Below are positions 28,094 through 38,385 of a DNA stretch of 64,000 nucleotides, in pieces (position 1 is the stretch's first letter; each line of letters begins with the position of its first letter). The stretch is from the NCBI GenBank assembly GCA_021372785.1, contig JAJFTT010000036.1:28355-92354 (forward strand), read 5' to 3'. The notes beneath the pieces were generated by a model. That model saw only the letters and a program-made list of their open reading frames with translations. It was not told the origin of the DNA and did not search any database. Source of the DNA: Negativicutes bacterium. GTDB taxonomy: Bacteria > Bacillota > JAAYKD01. The translations under genes and the position numbers were made by a program.

Positions 28094-29139
28094 GTCAAAC
28101 CCTCCACAAAAGCACTGTCGATGGCGGCAATGAAATAAGCCAACAGCTTGCCGGATTGACGCACATCGGAATAGGATAAGGTTTCCACTGCGGTATGCAT
28201 ATAGCGCAACGGAATCGATACCACACCGGTGGCAACTCCGGTCTGCGCAATTTGCATGGTCCAGGCATCCGTACCGGTAGCACCCGGCGCCGGCTCCGGC
28301 GAAATGGCAATCTGATGCTCCGCAGCCACTTTTTTCAGCAAAGCAAAAATTTTGGGATGAATATTGGGTCCCATCGCCACAGCCGGACCGCCGCCGATGG
28401 GTGAGGCATCATAATCGGCTACGCCGGGCATTCTGCCGTGGCAGACATCAATGGCGATCCCAATCTGAGGATGGATACCGTAAGCGGAAGTCAGGGCGCC
28501 GCGGCAGCCCACTTCTTCCTGGACTGTTGCCACCGCATACACATCCGCCGCGTGATGCAGTTTCTTGAGTTCCTGTAAGCATTCCAGCATGACCACGACA
28601 CCGGCCCGGTCATCCATCGCTTTGCCGGCCAACCAATCGCCCTGCAGTTCCTGCATGCTGCGCCGGATGGTAATCAAATCACCCACCGCTACGAGTTCTC
28701 TGGCTTGTTCGGCCGCATAACCGATATCGATCAATAAGTCGGACAGCGGCACCGTCTGCTTGCGTTCTTCGGCTGACAAAAGGTGCGGCGGCTTGGCGGC
28801 AACCACGCCCGGGTAATCTTTTTTGCCGTGCACGATCACTTCCTGCGCCGGCAAAGTGCGCTGATCAAAGCCGCCGATTTGCGTAACATGCAAAAAGCCG
28901 AGATCATCTACTTTGGTCACCATTAAGCCGATTTCATCCATATGTCCTGCCAGCATTACGGAAAGATTGTGCTCTTTTGCCTCTCCTTTTACTTTGGCAA
29001 TCACACTGCCCATCGGATCGCGGCGAATCTCTTTGGTAAACTCAAGAAAATTCTGGTAAATCGCGTTGGCTACCGGAGCTTCAGAACCGGATACGCCGCT
29101 ATTTTCGATTAAACTTTTGAGTATCGCTTTCCCATCCAA
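28084..29139 (-). CDS. M42 family aminopeptidase (paralog 1 of 3)
   Basis: 351 aa, HMDEIGLMV ... EEVGCRGA. Confidence 0.85.
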   Translation of the reverse strand: MDGKAILKSLIENSGVSGSEAPVANAIYQNFLEFTKEIRRDPMGSVIAKVKGEAKEHNLSVMLAGHMDEIGLMVTKVDDLGFLHVTQIGGFDQRTLPAQEVIVHGKKDYPGVVAAKPPHLLSAEERKQTVPLSDLLIDIGYAAEQARELVAVGDLITIRRSMQELQGDWLAGKAMDDRAGVVVMLECLQELKKLHHAADVYAVATVQEEVGCRGALTSAYGIHPQIGIAIDVCHGRMPGVADYDASPIGGGPAVAMGPNIHPKIFALLKKVAAEHQIAISPEPAPGATGTDAWTMQIAQTGVATGVVSIPLRYMHTAVETLSYSDVRQSGKLLAYFIAAIDSAFVEGLTCY

Positions 29140-29181
29140 ATCAAATACCTCCTCAACCTCATAATCTGACCAACCGAACCG

Positions 29182-30048
29182 TTAAAGATCCGTCCTGATC
29201 CCCAGGAACTTTGCAATATTGGCATGTGCGGATTTTACACCTTGGATTTTCCCGTTTTTGCTCGTAAAGAGGGTGGTTACGCCGGGGCCGTGCCCCATGA
29301 TCACGCAGTTGCTGTGCACCACAACGCCGACGGTCACCGCACCTTTGAGATAACCGCGTCCATAACTGGTATCGCAGTCACGCAGAAGCACCAAATCGCC
29401 GAAGCGCAGCTTCGCCAGACCGAATTGTTGGAATGATTCCGGATCGGCCGTCATAATGTCGTAATCACCCGTGTCTGCCGTAGAGGAACCGATGCCGGAA
29501 CCCATCAAATAGGCCGGAACTTCCGTCACTACCGGAATCTGCAGCACACCATCCACGAGCCGGAGATCCATTTTTTCCAAAAGATCCGGGTCGCAGTTTT
29601 TAACCATGACATCCGGCGCATCTTCGATTTTCAAGCCTAAGCCGATGCTTTTCACCATAATTTTGTCGCCGATCACCATTTTTTCCAGATCCTCCGGTTT
29701 AAACCAGACCAAGGTATGCTCAATGCCGCCATGGAAACCGGTGACATAACCAAGAGCACCCTTCGCGTCACCGGTCACTGCTTTGGCCGTATTGCCAACA
29801 CAGGAAAAAGCGTTGAGACCGCTGTTTTTGTCCGGATCGTCCAGCTTCATACTGACACCCGGCTCCACATGATCGGCGACCAGGTCCATGCAAGAGTCAC
29901 CGATCGCAAAATTATAGGTGATTCCGCCGGTTCCCGGCAGGGGAATCGCCTGTCCGGTGGTGGCGATGCGATAAACATTGGGTTTCTTTGGCTGAGAAAT
30001 TTCTCCAATCACACCAATCATAGGTAATTTTTCCCGATTTGTTTTCAT
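29182..30048 (-). CDS. Conserved hypothetical protein (DUF4438-like), co-oriented with the M42 peptidase triplet
   Basis: 288 aa soluble protein with no recognisable catalytic motif. It is separated from the first M42 gene by a 43 nt spacer. Confidence 0.45.
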   Translation of the reverse strand: MKTNREKLPMIGVIGEISQPKKPNVYRIATTGQAIPLPGTGGITYNFAIGDSCMDLVADHVEPGVSMKLDDPDKNSGLNAFSCVGNTAKAVTGDAKGALGYVTGFHGGIEHTLVWFKPEDLEKMVIGDKIMVKSIGLGLKIEDAPDVMVKNCDPDLLEKMDLRLVDGVLQIPVVTEVPAYLMGSGIGSSTADTGDYDIMTADPESFQQFGLAKLRFGDLVLLRDCDTSYGRGYLKGAVTVGVVVHSNCVIMGHGPGVTTLFTSKNGKIQGVKSAHANIAKFLGIRTDL

Positions 30049-30205
30049 TCTTTAACGCCTCCTCACATTGAATATAATTCAATTCTTGCATTGCAGACAG
30101 TACTCCTTCCCTTTCTGCAAGGAATCATCTATTTTCCTACATCAATCGAGGACATAAAAAAAAACCGGCCGCAGTATCTGCAGTCGGATTTGTTTTAGTA
30201 AGAAG

Positions 30206-30847
30206 TTAATCGGATACGGACGGTTTCATCTTTAAGCCGATTTTGCGTTTGATCCGGCAGAGCGCATTGTCTACCGCTTTGGTGGAGGTTTTGAGTTGAT
30301 GCGCAATTTCCTGATAGGAAGCCTTTTTTAAATAAAGCAAGAAAACATTGTATTCAAACTTACTGAGGGTATCCATCAGCTGGTTCTTGATGGAGGTCAA
30401 CTCTTCCCGATTCATCACAACTTCTTCCGGGTCGGTCATCCGCGTACTGGGAATCATATCGATCAACGTACGGTCGGTTCCGTCATCATAAACGGGTTTG
30501 TTCAAAGAAATATAGGAATTCAGGGGTGAGTGTTTTAAGCGGGTTGATGTTTTTACAGCCGTAATAATCTGACGTGAAACGCATAATTCGGCAAAATGCT
30601 TAAACGGAATCCCTTTTTCATATTGGAAATCGCGAATTGCCTTATGTAAACCAATCCAGCCTTCCTGCAAAATATCTTCTTGATCCGCTCCGGTGAGGAA
30701 ATAGGGTTTGGCTTTACTGCGAATGATATGCCTGTATTTATGCAGCAGATATTCGGAGGCATATTCCTGACCTTGTTGTGCCAATAGAACGACTTCTTCA
30801 TCCTTCATCGTTTTTAAAACCTGATTTTGAGAAAGGTGTGCAAACAT
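30206..30847 (-). CDS. sigH: RNA polymerase sigma-H (early sporulation sigma factor)
   Basis: 213 aa, near-colinear with B. subtilis SigH: YFLTGADQEDILQEGWIGLHKAIRDF, FAELCVSRQIITAVKTSTRLKHSPLNSYISLNKP, and region 4 KAVDNALCRIKRK. Confidence 0.8.
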   Translation of the reverse strand: MFAHLSQNQVLKTMKDEEVVLLAQQGQEYASEYLLHKYRHIIRSKAKPYFLTGADQEDILQEGWIGLHKAIRDFQYEKGIPFKHFAELCVSRQIITAVKTSTRLKHSPLNSYISLNKPVYDDGTDRTLIDMIPSTRMTDPEEVVMNREELTSIKNQLMDTLSKFEYNVFLLYLKKASYQEIAHQLKTSTKAVDNALCRIKRKIGLKMKPSVSD

Positions 30848-31221
30848 AGCGTATCCTCCATTCGTACCCTTTTGCTTATCATAAAGAGAAAGGCTTAAGA
30901 AGTCAAGTAAACGACACTATTTAACATAATGTTACATTTAAATAGAAAGGTATTCAGCAGAGGAATGTCGACTAAAAAGAAAAACCGCTGTCCCGGCGGT
31001 TCCAAAGCAACGATTTCAAGTTTTCCAAATCACTTCTATAATATACCCGATCTGCCCGTCAAAGTCAAGGAAGAAAGCAGCCAAAAACCAGAATTCACGG
31101 CTGATTTTTTCTGAATTTTCTGTTGCGGCCTGTCGGGGGAAAAGAGAAGTACAACTTGTCAGAACCTGCCGGTCAACAAAAAAGGAAGCGAAGTCTATCG
31201 ACTCTGCTTCCTCTTAACATC

Positions 31222-31298
31222 TGGTCGGGCTGCCGCGATTCGAACGCGGGGCCTCTTGAACCCCATTCAAGCGCGCTACCAAACTGCGCTACAGCCCG
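31222..31298 (-). tRNA. tRNA-Pro (anticodon GGG)
   Basis: The reverse complement CGGGCTGTAGCGCAGTTTGGTAGCGCGCTTGAATGGGGTTCAAGAGGCCCCGCGTTCGAATCGCGGCAGCCCGACCA folds as a cloverleaf. Anticodon loop ATGGGGT (G37), T-loop TTCGAAT. Confidence 0.85.
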
Positions 31299-31451
31299 TT
31301 GAAAAGAACAACGTTATTATACCGAACTGAAGCGAAAAAAGCAAGTGCAATTTGCAAAGAGTTTCGTAGGATTTCCCTGGAAAACGAGCGGGTCTGATCG
31401 TTTTATTGCCATAATTTAGAAAGACGACGTTTTTTTGCTTGGAATATTCCA

Positions 31452-33170
31452 TTATGTCAGGATGCGTTTCCAGTTTTTAGCTCGGTTGATCAAATCCTGC
31501 GCCAAGTTTTGCGCGGAAGCATTCTCCGGATCTCCTGCCATTAAGCGTGTCAGCTCCCGGAGAACTTCAGCATTGCTTAAGGTTTTCAAAATAGTATAGG
31601 TACGGTTATCAGCTTCTTCTTTCCGGATCAGGATGTGCTGATCCGCCATTGCGGCAACCACCGGCTGATGGGTCACTAAGAGCAGTTGATAATTTCGGGC
31701 CAAACGGGCGAGCTTCTCAGCTACTTTTTGCACCGTCTCACCGCTGATACCGGTATCGATCTCGTCAAAAATCACAAGGGGAATCTCCTCGTTCAGCATC
31801 ACACAGCGCAGTGCCAGCATAATACGGGACAGTTCACCCCCGGATGCGATTTTCAGCAAGGGTTTGAGCGGCTCGCCAAGGTTCGTGGAAATCATGAATT
31901 CGCAGCCTTCGCTGCCCTCCGCGCTAAAACGGACTTGATCATCGGCTTCCGTTTCGCGTATGAATTGAACAACAAAGCGGCACTTCGGCATGGAGAGATC
32001 AGCCAGTTGGACCATGACGGAACGGCTTAATTGATCGGCCAGACGCTGCCGGGAAAGATTCAGGTCTGCCGCCAGTTTTGTCAGCTGTCCGCGATTCGTT
32101 TCCAGTTCGGCACGATATTTTTCTATTTTCTCTGCGTTTTTGTCCGCTTCGCTTAAGCGTTGGCAGATCGTTTGCTCATACGTTAAAATATCGGCAATCG
32201 AGTTGCCATACTTGCGTTTCAGCTGAGCAATTTGGCTCAAGCGTCCTTCCGTTGCTTCCAAACGCTGAGGATCGTCTTCCAAAGCATCTTTATATTGCTC
32301 AATTTCCGCGGCAATTTCCTGCAGCAAATAAAAACAGGAGGCCAACTGTTCGCTGCTGCTTTGCAGCGTACGATCGGATTGTAAAATAGATTCCAATTCG
32401 CGCATGGCAATGCGCAGAGCGGAAATTGCAGCATAGCACCCGGGTTTATCTTCCTGCAACAGTCCGTAGATCTTTTCGAAACCCGCGCGATTGCGCTGAG
32501 CATGCTGCAGGCGTCTTCTTTCCTGAAAGAGGCTTTCTTCTTCCTCCGGCTGCAGCTTGGCTATCGCAATTTCATTTTGCTGATACAGCCAGAGCTCTTT
32601 CATCTGTAAACTCTCACGTTCCCCGTTTTGCAGTGTCTGCAGCTGATGCAGATTGTCCCGCCATTGACGGTACACCTGCCTGTATTGCTGCAGAAGCAGG
32701 CGGTGCTCATGATCACCGGTCTGGTCGAGAAAGATCAGGTGATTTTTTGGATTAAATAATTGCTGATAACCATGCTGACCGTTGATTTCAATCAGAAAAT
32801 CCGATAATTGGCGCAGAATATTCAGGCTGGCCGGCTTGCCATTGATGCGAATTTGACCTTTGCCTTTGTCATTCAGTTCACGCCAAATGCTGAGCAGATC
32901 ACCGTCGTCATCCTCCAGATCCTGCTCCCGCAAAATGACAGCCAGGCGGCTGCCTGCGCTGACCGTAAAATAACCGGTCACAGTCATTTTTGTCTTGCCG
33001 GTGCGGATGGCCCCGCTGTCGCCGCGGGAACCCAGCAGAAAGGCAATGGCATCAAATAGAATCGATTTGCCGGCTCCTGTCTCTCCGGTAAAAACGGTTA
33101 AACCTTCGGCAAGATCCAGCTCCAGCTCTTCGATCAGGGCAAAATTTTGTATGATCAATTTTTGCAGCAT
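31452..33170 (-). CDS. recN: DNA repair protein RecN
   Basis: 572 aa. N-terminal Walker A GETGAGKS, long coiled coil, C-terminal LLVFDEIDTGISG. Confidence 0.9.
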   Translation of the reverse strand: MLQKLIIQNFALIEELELDLAEGLTVFTGETGAGKSILFDAIAFLLGSRGDSGAIRTGKTKMTVTGYFTVSAGSRLAVILREQDLEDDDGDLLSIWRELNDKGKGQIRINGKPASLNILRQLSDFLIEINGQHGYQQLFNPKNHLIFLDQTGDHEHRLLLQQYRQVYRQWRDNLHQLQTLQNGERESLQMKELWLYQQNEIAIAKLQPEEEESLFQERRRLQHAQRNRAGFEKIYGLLQEDKPGCYAAISALRIAMRELESILQSDRTLQSSSEQLASCFYLLQEIAAEIEQYKDALEDDPQRLEATEGRLSQIAQLKRKYGNSIADILTYEQTICQRLSEADKNAEKIEKYRAELETNRGQLTKLAADLNLSRQRLADQLSRSVMVQLADLSMPKCRFVVQFIRETEADDQVRFSAEGSEGCEFMISTNLGEPLKPLLKIASGGELSRIMLALRCVMLNEEIPLVIFDEIDTGISGETVQKVAEKLARLARNYQLLLVTHQPVVAAMADQHILIRKEEADNRTYTILKTLSNAEVLRELTRLMAGDPENASAQNLAQDLINRAKNWKRILT

Positions 33171-33173
33171 TTT

Positions 33174-33632
33174 TTACTCCATGATTTCATAGATGCGCGC
33201 GATAAAAGGTTCAATCTGTTCCGGCAGGCGCATAATTACCAGAATGGTATCGTCGCCGGCCAAGGTTCCCACTACATTTTCCCAACCCATAGCGTCAAAA
33301 AGGGCGGCGATGCTATGGGCATTGCCCGGCATTGTTCTCAGAATGATCATATTGCCGGCGTAATCGATGGAAACCAGGTTATCCAGCAAGGCTCGTTTCA
33401 CCTTTTCCAGAGGGGGTGTAATTTGACCGGCAACACCCGGTAAGGCATAGCGGGAATGTCCGTTGTCCATTGTGACCTTCAGTAAACCAATTTCTTTGAT
33501 ATCACGGCTGATCGTCGCCTGTGTCACGACCATCCCATGCTTTTCACGCAGCAGATCAACCAGTTCCTCCTGAGTCTCAACAGAAATGGTTTTAACTATT
33601 TGTCTGATCAGTGTGAGTCGTTTTCCTTTCAT
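33174..33632 (-). CDS. argR: Arginine repressor ArgR/AhrC
   Basis: About 152 aa. N-terminal winged helix (KRLTLIRQIVKT ... TQATISRDIKE) and C-terminal oligomerisation domain GDDTILV. Confidence 0.85.
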   Translation of the reverse strand: MKGKRLTLIRQIVKTISVETQEELVDLLREKHGMVVTQATISRDIKEIGLLKVTMDNGHSRYALPGVAGQITPPLEKVKRALLDNLVSIDYAGNMIILRTMPGNAHSIAALFDAMGWENVVGTLAGDDTILVIMRLPEQIEPFIARIYEIME

Positions 33633-33647
33633 TGAAGCCACCTCCAT

Positions 33648-35537
33648 TTATTCCTGCTCTGTTTGAAAGAACACTTTGAAACACTGCGCTAAACTGTCTG
33701 CATCCAGTTGTAAGGATTGATAGAGCTGCTCGGTGCTTCCCTGTTGGATGAAACGATCCGGAATGCCAAAGAGCCTGCATTTTGGATAAATATGATTTGC
33801 CTGACAGAATTCCAGGATTGCCGAACCAAAACCGCCGCAGGTTGTGTTATCTTCCACGACGGCGATTTCTGTCGCTGCAAAGAGCAAGGTTAAGAGCGGC
33901 TCTGTCGGCAGTGGTTTGATCATACGCAGATTGATTAAACCGATCCGCTGACCATCCTCTTGTTTTAAGTTCCGTAAAGCGGCTTCGGCCGTGAAAGTGA
34001 TCGGTCCGCAGGCGATAACCAATTTCTTCTCTGCGGCGATGAATACCTGCGGCAGAGCGACTTCTGCCGGTAATAAAGGGTGCTCCGCTTCTGCTGCGGC
34101 TTCCTTGTCAAAAGCGCCCTTCGGGAACCGCAGGGCGACCGGTGCGTGCAGCTGTAAAGCGTAGCGCAGCATTGCCGTCAGATCCGATGGTTTGAGCGCA
34201 ACCAGCAGCGTCATGTTCGGGATCAGACGCAGATAGGATAAATCAAAGACACCATGATGAGTCTCGCCATCCTCCCCCACCAAACCGGCACGGTCCAGCA
34301 CCAAGACAACGGGCAGATTCTGCATGGCAACATCTTCAATGATTTGATCGAAGGCACGCTGCAAAAAGGTGGAATAAATAGCGACGATCGGCTTTAATCC
34401 CTGCACAGCCAGACCGGCGGCAAAAGTCACGGCATGCTGTTCCGCAATCGCAACATCAAAAAATCGAGTTGGATAGCGTTCGGCAAAGCTACTCAAACCG
34501 GTTCCATCCGGCATCGCTGCTGTGATTGCCACCACACTGGCATCTTCTTCCGCAACTTCCAGCAGACTCAGGGCAAAAGCATCGGTAAATCCCGGTTTGG
34601 CAGGCACAGTATTCCTGCCGCTGACCAGGTCGAAGGGTCCGGTGCCATGAAAACGCCGCGGTGATTTTTCCGCCGGCGGATAGCCTTTGCCTTTGGTTGT
34701 GATCACATGCAGCAAAACAGGCGACTCCGAGCGTTTGGCTAATTCCATGGCTTCCAGCAACTGACCGATGTGATGACCGTTGATTGGTCCCAGATAAGTA
34801 AAACCCATTTCTTCAAACAGCATACCGGGAACGAAAAATTGCTTGACCGATTCCTTGACACGGTCGATCAATTCAATTGCCGGCTGGCCGATTGCGGGAA
34901 TCCGTTCCAAAATTCGTTTGGCATCATCCTTCGTGCGGTAATAACGCGGCGCGGTGCGGATATTGTTCAGATATTCCGATAAAGCGCCTACATTCTGTGC
35001 AATTGACATTTCATTGTCGTTCAGAATCACAATCAGCTTCGTATGATTTCGGCCGGCGTGATTCATCGCCTCCCAGGCCATACCGCCGGTCATGGAACCG
35101 TCCCCGATCACAGCGACTACCTGAAAGTCCTTTTTTTGGACATCGCGGGCCAAAGCGATTCCCAGAGCGGCCGAAATTGAAGTGGAACTGTGACCGGCAT
35201 TGAAGATGTCATGGACGCTCTCCGAACGTTTGGGATATCCGCTGAGACCACCGAATTGCCGCAGAGTGGGAAAGTCAGCATAACGCCCGGTCAGCAGTTT
35301 ATGCACATAGCTTTGATGTCCGACATCCCAAATGATTTTGTCGGTTGGCGATTGGAATGCTTTATGCAGCGCAATCGTCAGTTCGACGACACCCAAATTG
35401 GAAGCCAGATGGCCGCCGGTTTTACTGACGGTTTCTAAAAGATAATTTCTGATTTCTTTTGCCAGCAGGTTCAGATCGCTCGTGCTGAGCATTTTCATTT
35501 TTCTGGGTGAGATTGTGGGCAGCAGTTTATATTTCAT
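33648..35537 (-). CDS. dxs: 1-deoxy-D-xylulose-5-phosphate synthase
   Basis: About 630 aa from MKYKLLPTISP. TPP-binding GDG-x-25-N motif (IGDGSMTGGMAWEAMNHAG), transketolase-like middle and C-terminal domains. Confidence 0.9.
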   Translation of the reverse strand: MKYKLLPTISPRKMKMLSTSDLNLLAKEIRNYLLETVSKTGGHLASNLGVVELTIALHKAFQSPTDKIIWDVGHQSYVHKLLTGRYADFPTLRQFGGLSGYPKRSESVHDIFNAGHSSTSISAALGIALARDVQKKDFQVVAVIGDGSMTGGMAWEAMNHAGRNHTKLIVILNDNEMSIAQNVGALSEYLNNIRTAPRYYRTKDDAKRILERIPAIGQPAIELIDRVKESVKQFFVPGMLFEEMGFTYLGPINGHHIGQLLEAMELAKRSESPVLLHVITTKGKGYPPAEKSPRRFHGTGPFDLVSGRNTVPAKPGFTDAFALSLLEVAEEDASVVAITAAMPDGTGLSSFAERYPTRFFDVAIAEQHAVTFAAGLAVQGLKPIVAIYSTFLQRAFDQIIEDVAMQNLPVVLVLDRAGLVGEDGETHHGVFDLSYLRLIPNMTLLVALKPSDLTAMLRYALQLHAPVALRFPKGAFDKEAAAEAEHPLLPAEVALPQVFIAAEKKLVIACGPITFTAEAALRNLKQEDGQRIGLINLRMIKPLPTEPLLTLLFAATEIAVVEDNTTCGGFGSAILEFCQANHIYPKCRLFGIPDRFIQQGSTEQLYQSLQLDADSLAQCFKVFFQTEQE

Positions 35538-35547
35538 AGTTGTGACC

Positions 35548-36000
35548 TCATACCAAAAATCCAATGATGATTCCCAAAATACCGCCTGCAAGAACTTCAA
35601 TTGGCGTGTGACCAAGAATTTCTTTCAATTGCTTGATCTGCAGATCCTGCAGATCCGGGATTGTATAGATAATGGAATTAAGCAGTTTCGCCTGATCTCC
35701 GGCGGCGCGCCGCACACCGGAGGCATCATACATCACAACAATCGAGAACACGGTGGAGACAGCAAACAGAACGCTGTCAACCCCTTGATATCGTCCGATC
35801 GTGGTCGTTAAAGCAACTACCGCTGCCGTGTGAGAACTTGGCATACCACCGGACTTGGAAGCTAACCGCCAATTCCAACGGTGATCCAATAAAAAGTAAA
35901 CAAAAACTTTCAAAACTTGAGCCAGGATACTCCCGATGAAAGCAGCGACGATATAACGATTTGTTAACAGCTGATGCCAAACGTTCATTTCATTCACCAC
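35548..36000 (-). CDS. Divergent PAP2-family small membrane protein (YuiD/DUF212-like)
   Basis: 150 aa, 4-5 TM, with KSGGMPSSHTA and VVMYDASGVRR motifs. Confidence 0.7.
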   Translation of the reverse strand: MVNEMNVWHQLLTNRYIVAAFIGSILAQVLKVFVYFLLDHRWNWRLASKSGGMPSSHTAAVVALTTTIGRYQGVDSVLFAVSTVFSIVVMYDASGVRRAAGDQAKLLNSIIYTIPDLQDLQIKQLKEILGHTPIEVLAGGILGIIIGFLV

Positions 36001-36014
36001 ATATTTTCATAAAA

Positions 36015-36908
36015 TTAGGTCTGCCTCCGGTGCAGCCATTCAAATAACAGCAAAAGCGGCTGCTGCCTGACAGGCAGCGCCTGCAACAGCAGCAGCAGCT
36101 TCTCATATTCTTTTTCACACAGGCTTTGCGCCTGAATCAGCCCAAAGCAGCTGACATAAGTAAATTTATCGTTTTTCAAATCGCTGCCAATCGGCTTACC
36201 CAGGAGAGCTTCCTCACCGGTCATATCTAAAATATCATCCTGGATTTGAAAAAATAAGCCAAAATGATTGCCTAACTCCTGCCATAGTTTTTCCTCGGCC
36301 GCATCGGCTTGCGCCAGGATGGCGCCGGTCAGGAACGCTGTCTTTAGGAGTGCACCGGTCTTCAATTCATGCATCCGGCGCAGATCTGCCGCTTGCCGGA
36401 GCTTGGAAGACTGCATATCCAAAACTTGACCGCCGATCATGCCATACCGCCCGGCCGAACAGGCAAAAAGCCGCACCAGACGTAAGGCGGTCGCAGCATC
36501 GTAAGCGCTTTGCTGTGCCCCAAACGCCAAAATCTGAAATGCCTCGGTCAAAAGTCCGTCTCCGGCCAGCAACGCCAGCGCATCCCCGAAAACTTTGTGA
36601 TTGGTCGGCTTGCCCCGACGCAGATCGTCGTTGTCCATACAGGGCAAGTCATCGTGAACCAAAGAATAAGTATGTATACATTCCAAAGCGCAGGCTGGAT
36701 AAATCGCCCGATGCCAATCATAACCATAGGTATCAAGCACCAAAAGAGGAATCAGCGCCCGCAAGCGTTTGCCGCCCGAGAGCAGACTATAGGACATTGC
36801 CGCATCAATCGGCTGCAGATCAGCCGGCGTGTTCTGAAAAGCCCGCTGCAAGGTAAGCTCAATCTCCGCCAGCATTGTTTCAAACGATTTGGGGATCATG
36901 ATTCTCAC
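36015..36908 (-). CDS. ispA: Farnesyl/geranyl diphosphate synthase (polyprenyl synthetase)
   Basis: 297 aa. The first Asp-rich motif [17 protein letters not shown] and the second IQDDILD are present. Confidence 0.85.
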   Translation of the reverse strand: MRIMIPKSFETMLAEIELTLQRAFQNTPADLQPIDAAMSYSLLSGGKRLRALIPLLVLDTYGYDWHRAIYPACALECIHTYSLVHDDLPCMDNDDLRRGKPTNHKVFGDALALLAGDGLLTEAFQILAFGAQQSAYDAATALRLVRLFACSAGRYGMIGGQVLDMQSSKLRQAADLRRMHELKTGALLKTAFLTGAILAQADAAEEKLWQELGNHFGLFFQIQDDILDMTGEEALLGKPIGSDLKNDKFTYVSCFGLIQAQSLCEKEYEKLLLLLQALPVRQQPLLLLFEWLHRRQT

Positions 36909-37143
36909 CTGTTAAGGCAAAAGGCTGCAGCACCACTTCACCCTGTTCATTCACTGTAATTTTTTCGATTTTTTGCTGGGCTGAATTCAGATCATTCTGA
37001 CAAAAACGAGACAATTTCACCCCTTCTTCAAAGCATTTCATTGCTTCCTCCAGTGAGAGGTTACCGGTTTCCAATTGGCGGACTATGTTTTCCAATTGCT
37101 GCAATGCCTCCTCAAAAGTCAGCTGTTCCTTTTTCTTTGTCAT
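36880..37143 (-). CDS. xseB: Exodeoxyribonuclease VII small subunit
   Basis: 87 aa, [35 protein letters not shown], with a 4 nt start/stop overlap with xseA. Confidence 0.85.
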   Translation of the reverse strand: MTKKKEQLTFEEALQQLENIVRQLETGNLSLEEAMKCFEEGVKLSRFCQNDLNSAQQKIEKITVNEQGEVVLQPFALTGENHDPQIV

Positions 37144-38371
37144 GTTTGCTACCTCCCGTCAATGGTTCATCCATTTCCAAAATCCGTGCGACAGCGCTGC
37201 CGTCGGAAAAATGAATCCGAATCTCATCACCCAACACAATTTGCGTCAGAGAAGAAATCACCGTCCGGCTGCCTTCATGCTGACACATGGTGTAGCCGCG
37301 TGAAAGAATGCGTAAAGGGCTCAAGGCATCCAGTTTCCCATTCAGCAGGGCAAAGCGAGAATTTTTCTGAGCCAGAAAAACCAGCATGGCGTGCTGTAAA
37401 CGTTGGCTGGGGCCACGCAGGGCATCTTGTTTTCTGCGCAGCCAGCCGAGAAAGAGTTCCGGTTCCAGTTTATTTTGATAAAACAGCAGTTTTTCCTGCT
37501 TTTGCCGGAAGATGCTGTTGACGGCGGACTGCAAACGCCGGTTGAAGTCCGCTACTTCGTCTCTTAAACCGGCCAACTCCGGCACGACCAATTCCGCCGC
37601 TGCCGAAGGAGTAGGGGCGCGCAAGTCAGCGGCAAAATCGGCTAGGGTAAAATCCGTTTCGTGTCCGACTGCGGAAACGATGGGAATTTGCGATGCCGCG
37701 ATGGCGCGTGCCACCACTTCCTCATTGAAAGCCCATAATTCTTCCAGAGAACCGCCACCGCGTCCGACAATCAAAACATCGGCTAATTGCCGGTGATTAA
37801 AAAGCTGAATCGCTGCCGCGATTTGCTCCGCGGCACCGGGTCCTTGCACTAAAACCGGTGCCAATAAAATATTGACTCCGGGGCAGCGCCGCGTGATCAC
37901 GTTGACAACATCGCGAAAAGCGGCGCCGGTAGGGGATGTGACAACGCCGACCCGTTTGGGCAAGAAGGGCAAAGGTTTTTTTCGATTTGCGTCAAATAAA
38001 CCCTCCGCAGTCAACCGCTGCTTCCTTTGTTCCAAAGCCAGTGCCAGAGAACCCATGCACAACGGTTCCATCTGGGTGGCGTAGAGCTGATATTGACCGT
38101 CTCTTTCATACAATGAAACAGATCCGCGCAGAAGGACTTTCATGGCGTTATCCGGTCGGAAGCGCAGCAAGCGTGCTCTGCTACTGAACATCACGCAGCG
38201 GATGCTGGACTGAGCGTCTTTTAACGAAAAATACAGATGACCGGAATTCTGCAATTTAAAATTGGAAATTTCACCTTCCACCCAAATATCTTGCAGAATC
38301 GGAACCTCATCGAGCAGAGACTTCACAAATTGATTCAGCTGTGAAACAGTGAGGTGTTCTCTTGCTTCCAT
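37112..38371 (-). CDS. xseA: Exodeoxyribonuclease VII large subunit
   Basis: 419 aa with an N-terminal OB-fold ([14 protein letters not shown]) and the catalytic core [14 protein letters not shown]. Confidence 0.9.
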   Translation of the reverse strand: MEAREHLTVSQLNQFVKSLLDEVPILQDIWVEGEISNFKLQNSGHLYFSLKDAQSSIRCVMFSSRARLLRFRPDNAMKVLLRGSVSLYERDGQYQLYATQMEPLCMGSLALALEQRKQRLTAEGLFDANRKKPLPFLPKRVGVVTSPTGAAFRDVVNVITRRCPGVNILLAPVLVQGPGAAEQIAAAIQLFNHRQLADVLIVGRGGGSLEELWAFNEEVVARAIAASQIPIVSAVGHETDFTLADFAADLRAPTPSAAAELVVPELAGLRDEVADFNRRLQSAVNSIFRQKQEKLLFYQNKLEPELFLGWLRRKQDALRGPSQRLQHAMLVFLAQKNSRFALLNGKLDALSPLRILSRGYTMCQHEGSRTVISSLTQIVLGDEIRIHFSDGSAVARILEMDEPLTGGSKHDKEKGTADF

Positions 38372-38385
38372 GCCATTCTCCTTCC

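Noticed and set aside
35548-36908. Possible OLE RNA / oapA locus between ispA and dxs
   Set aside because: In OLE-containing Firmicutes the RNA lies between ispA and dxs next to a small membrane protein gene. Here ispA, the PAP2-like membrane protein gene and dxs abut with no intergenic space, so there is no room for an approximately 600 nt RNA. I cannot confirm from memory that the membrane protein is OapA-like.
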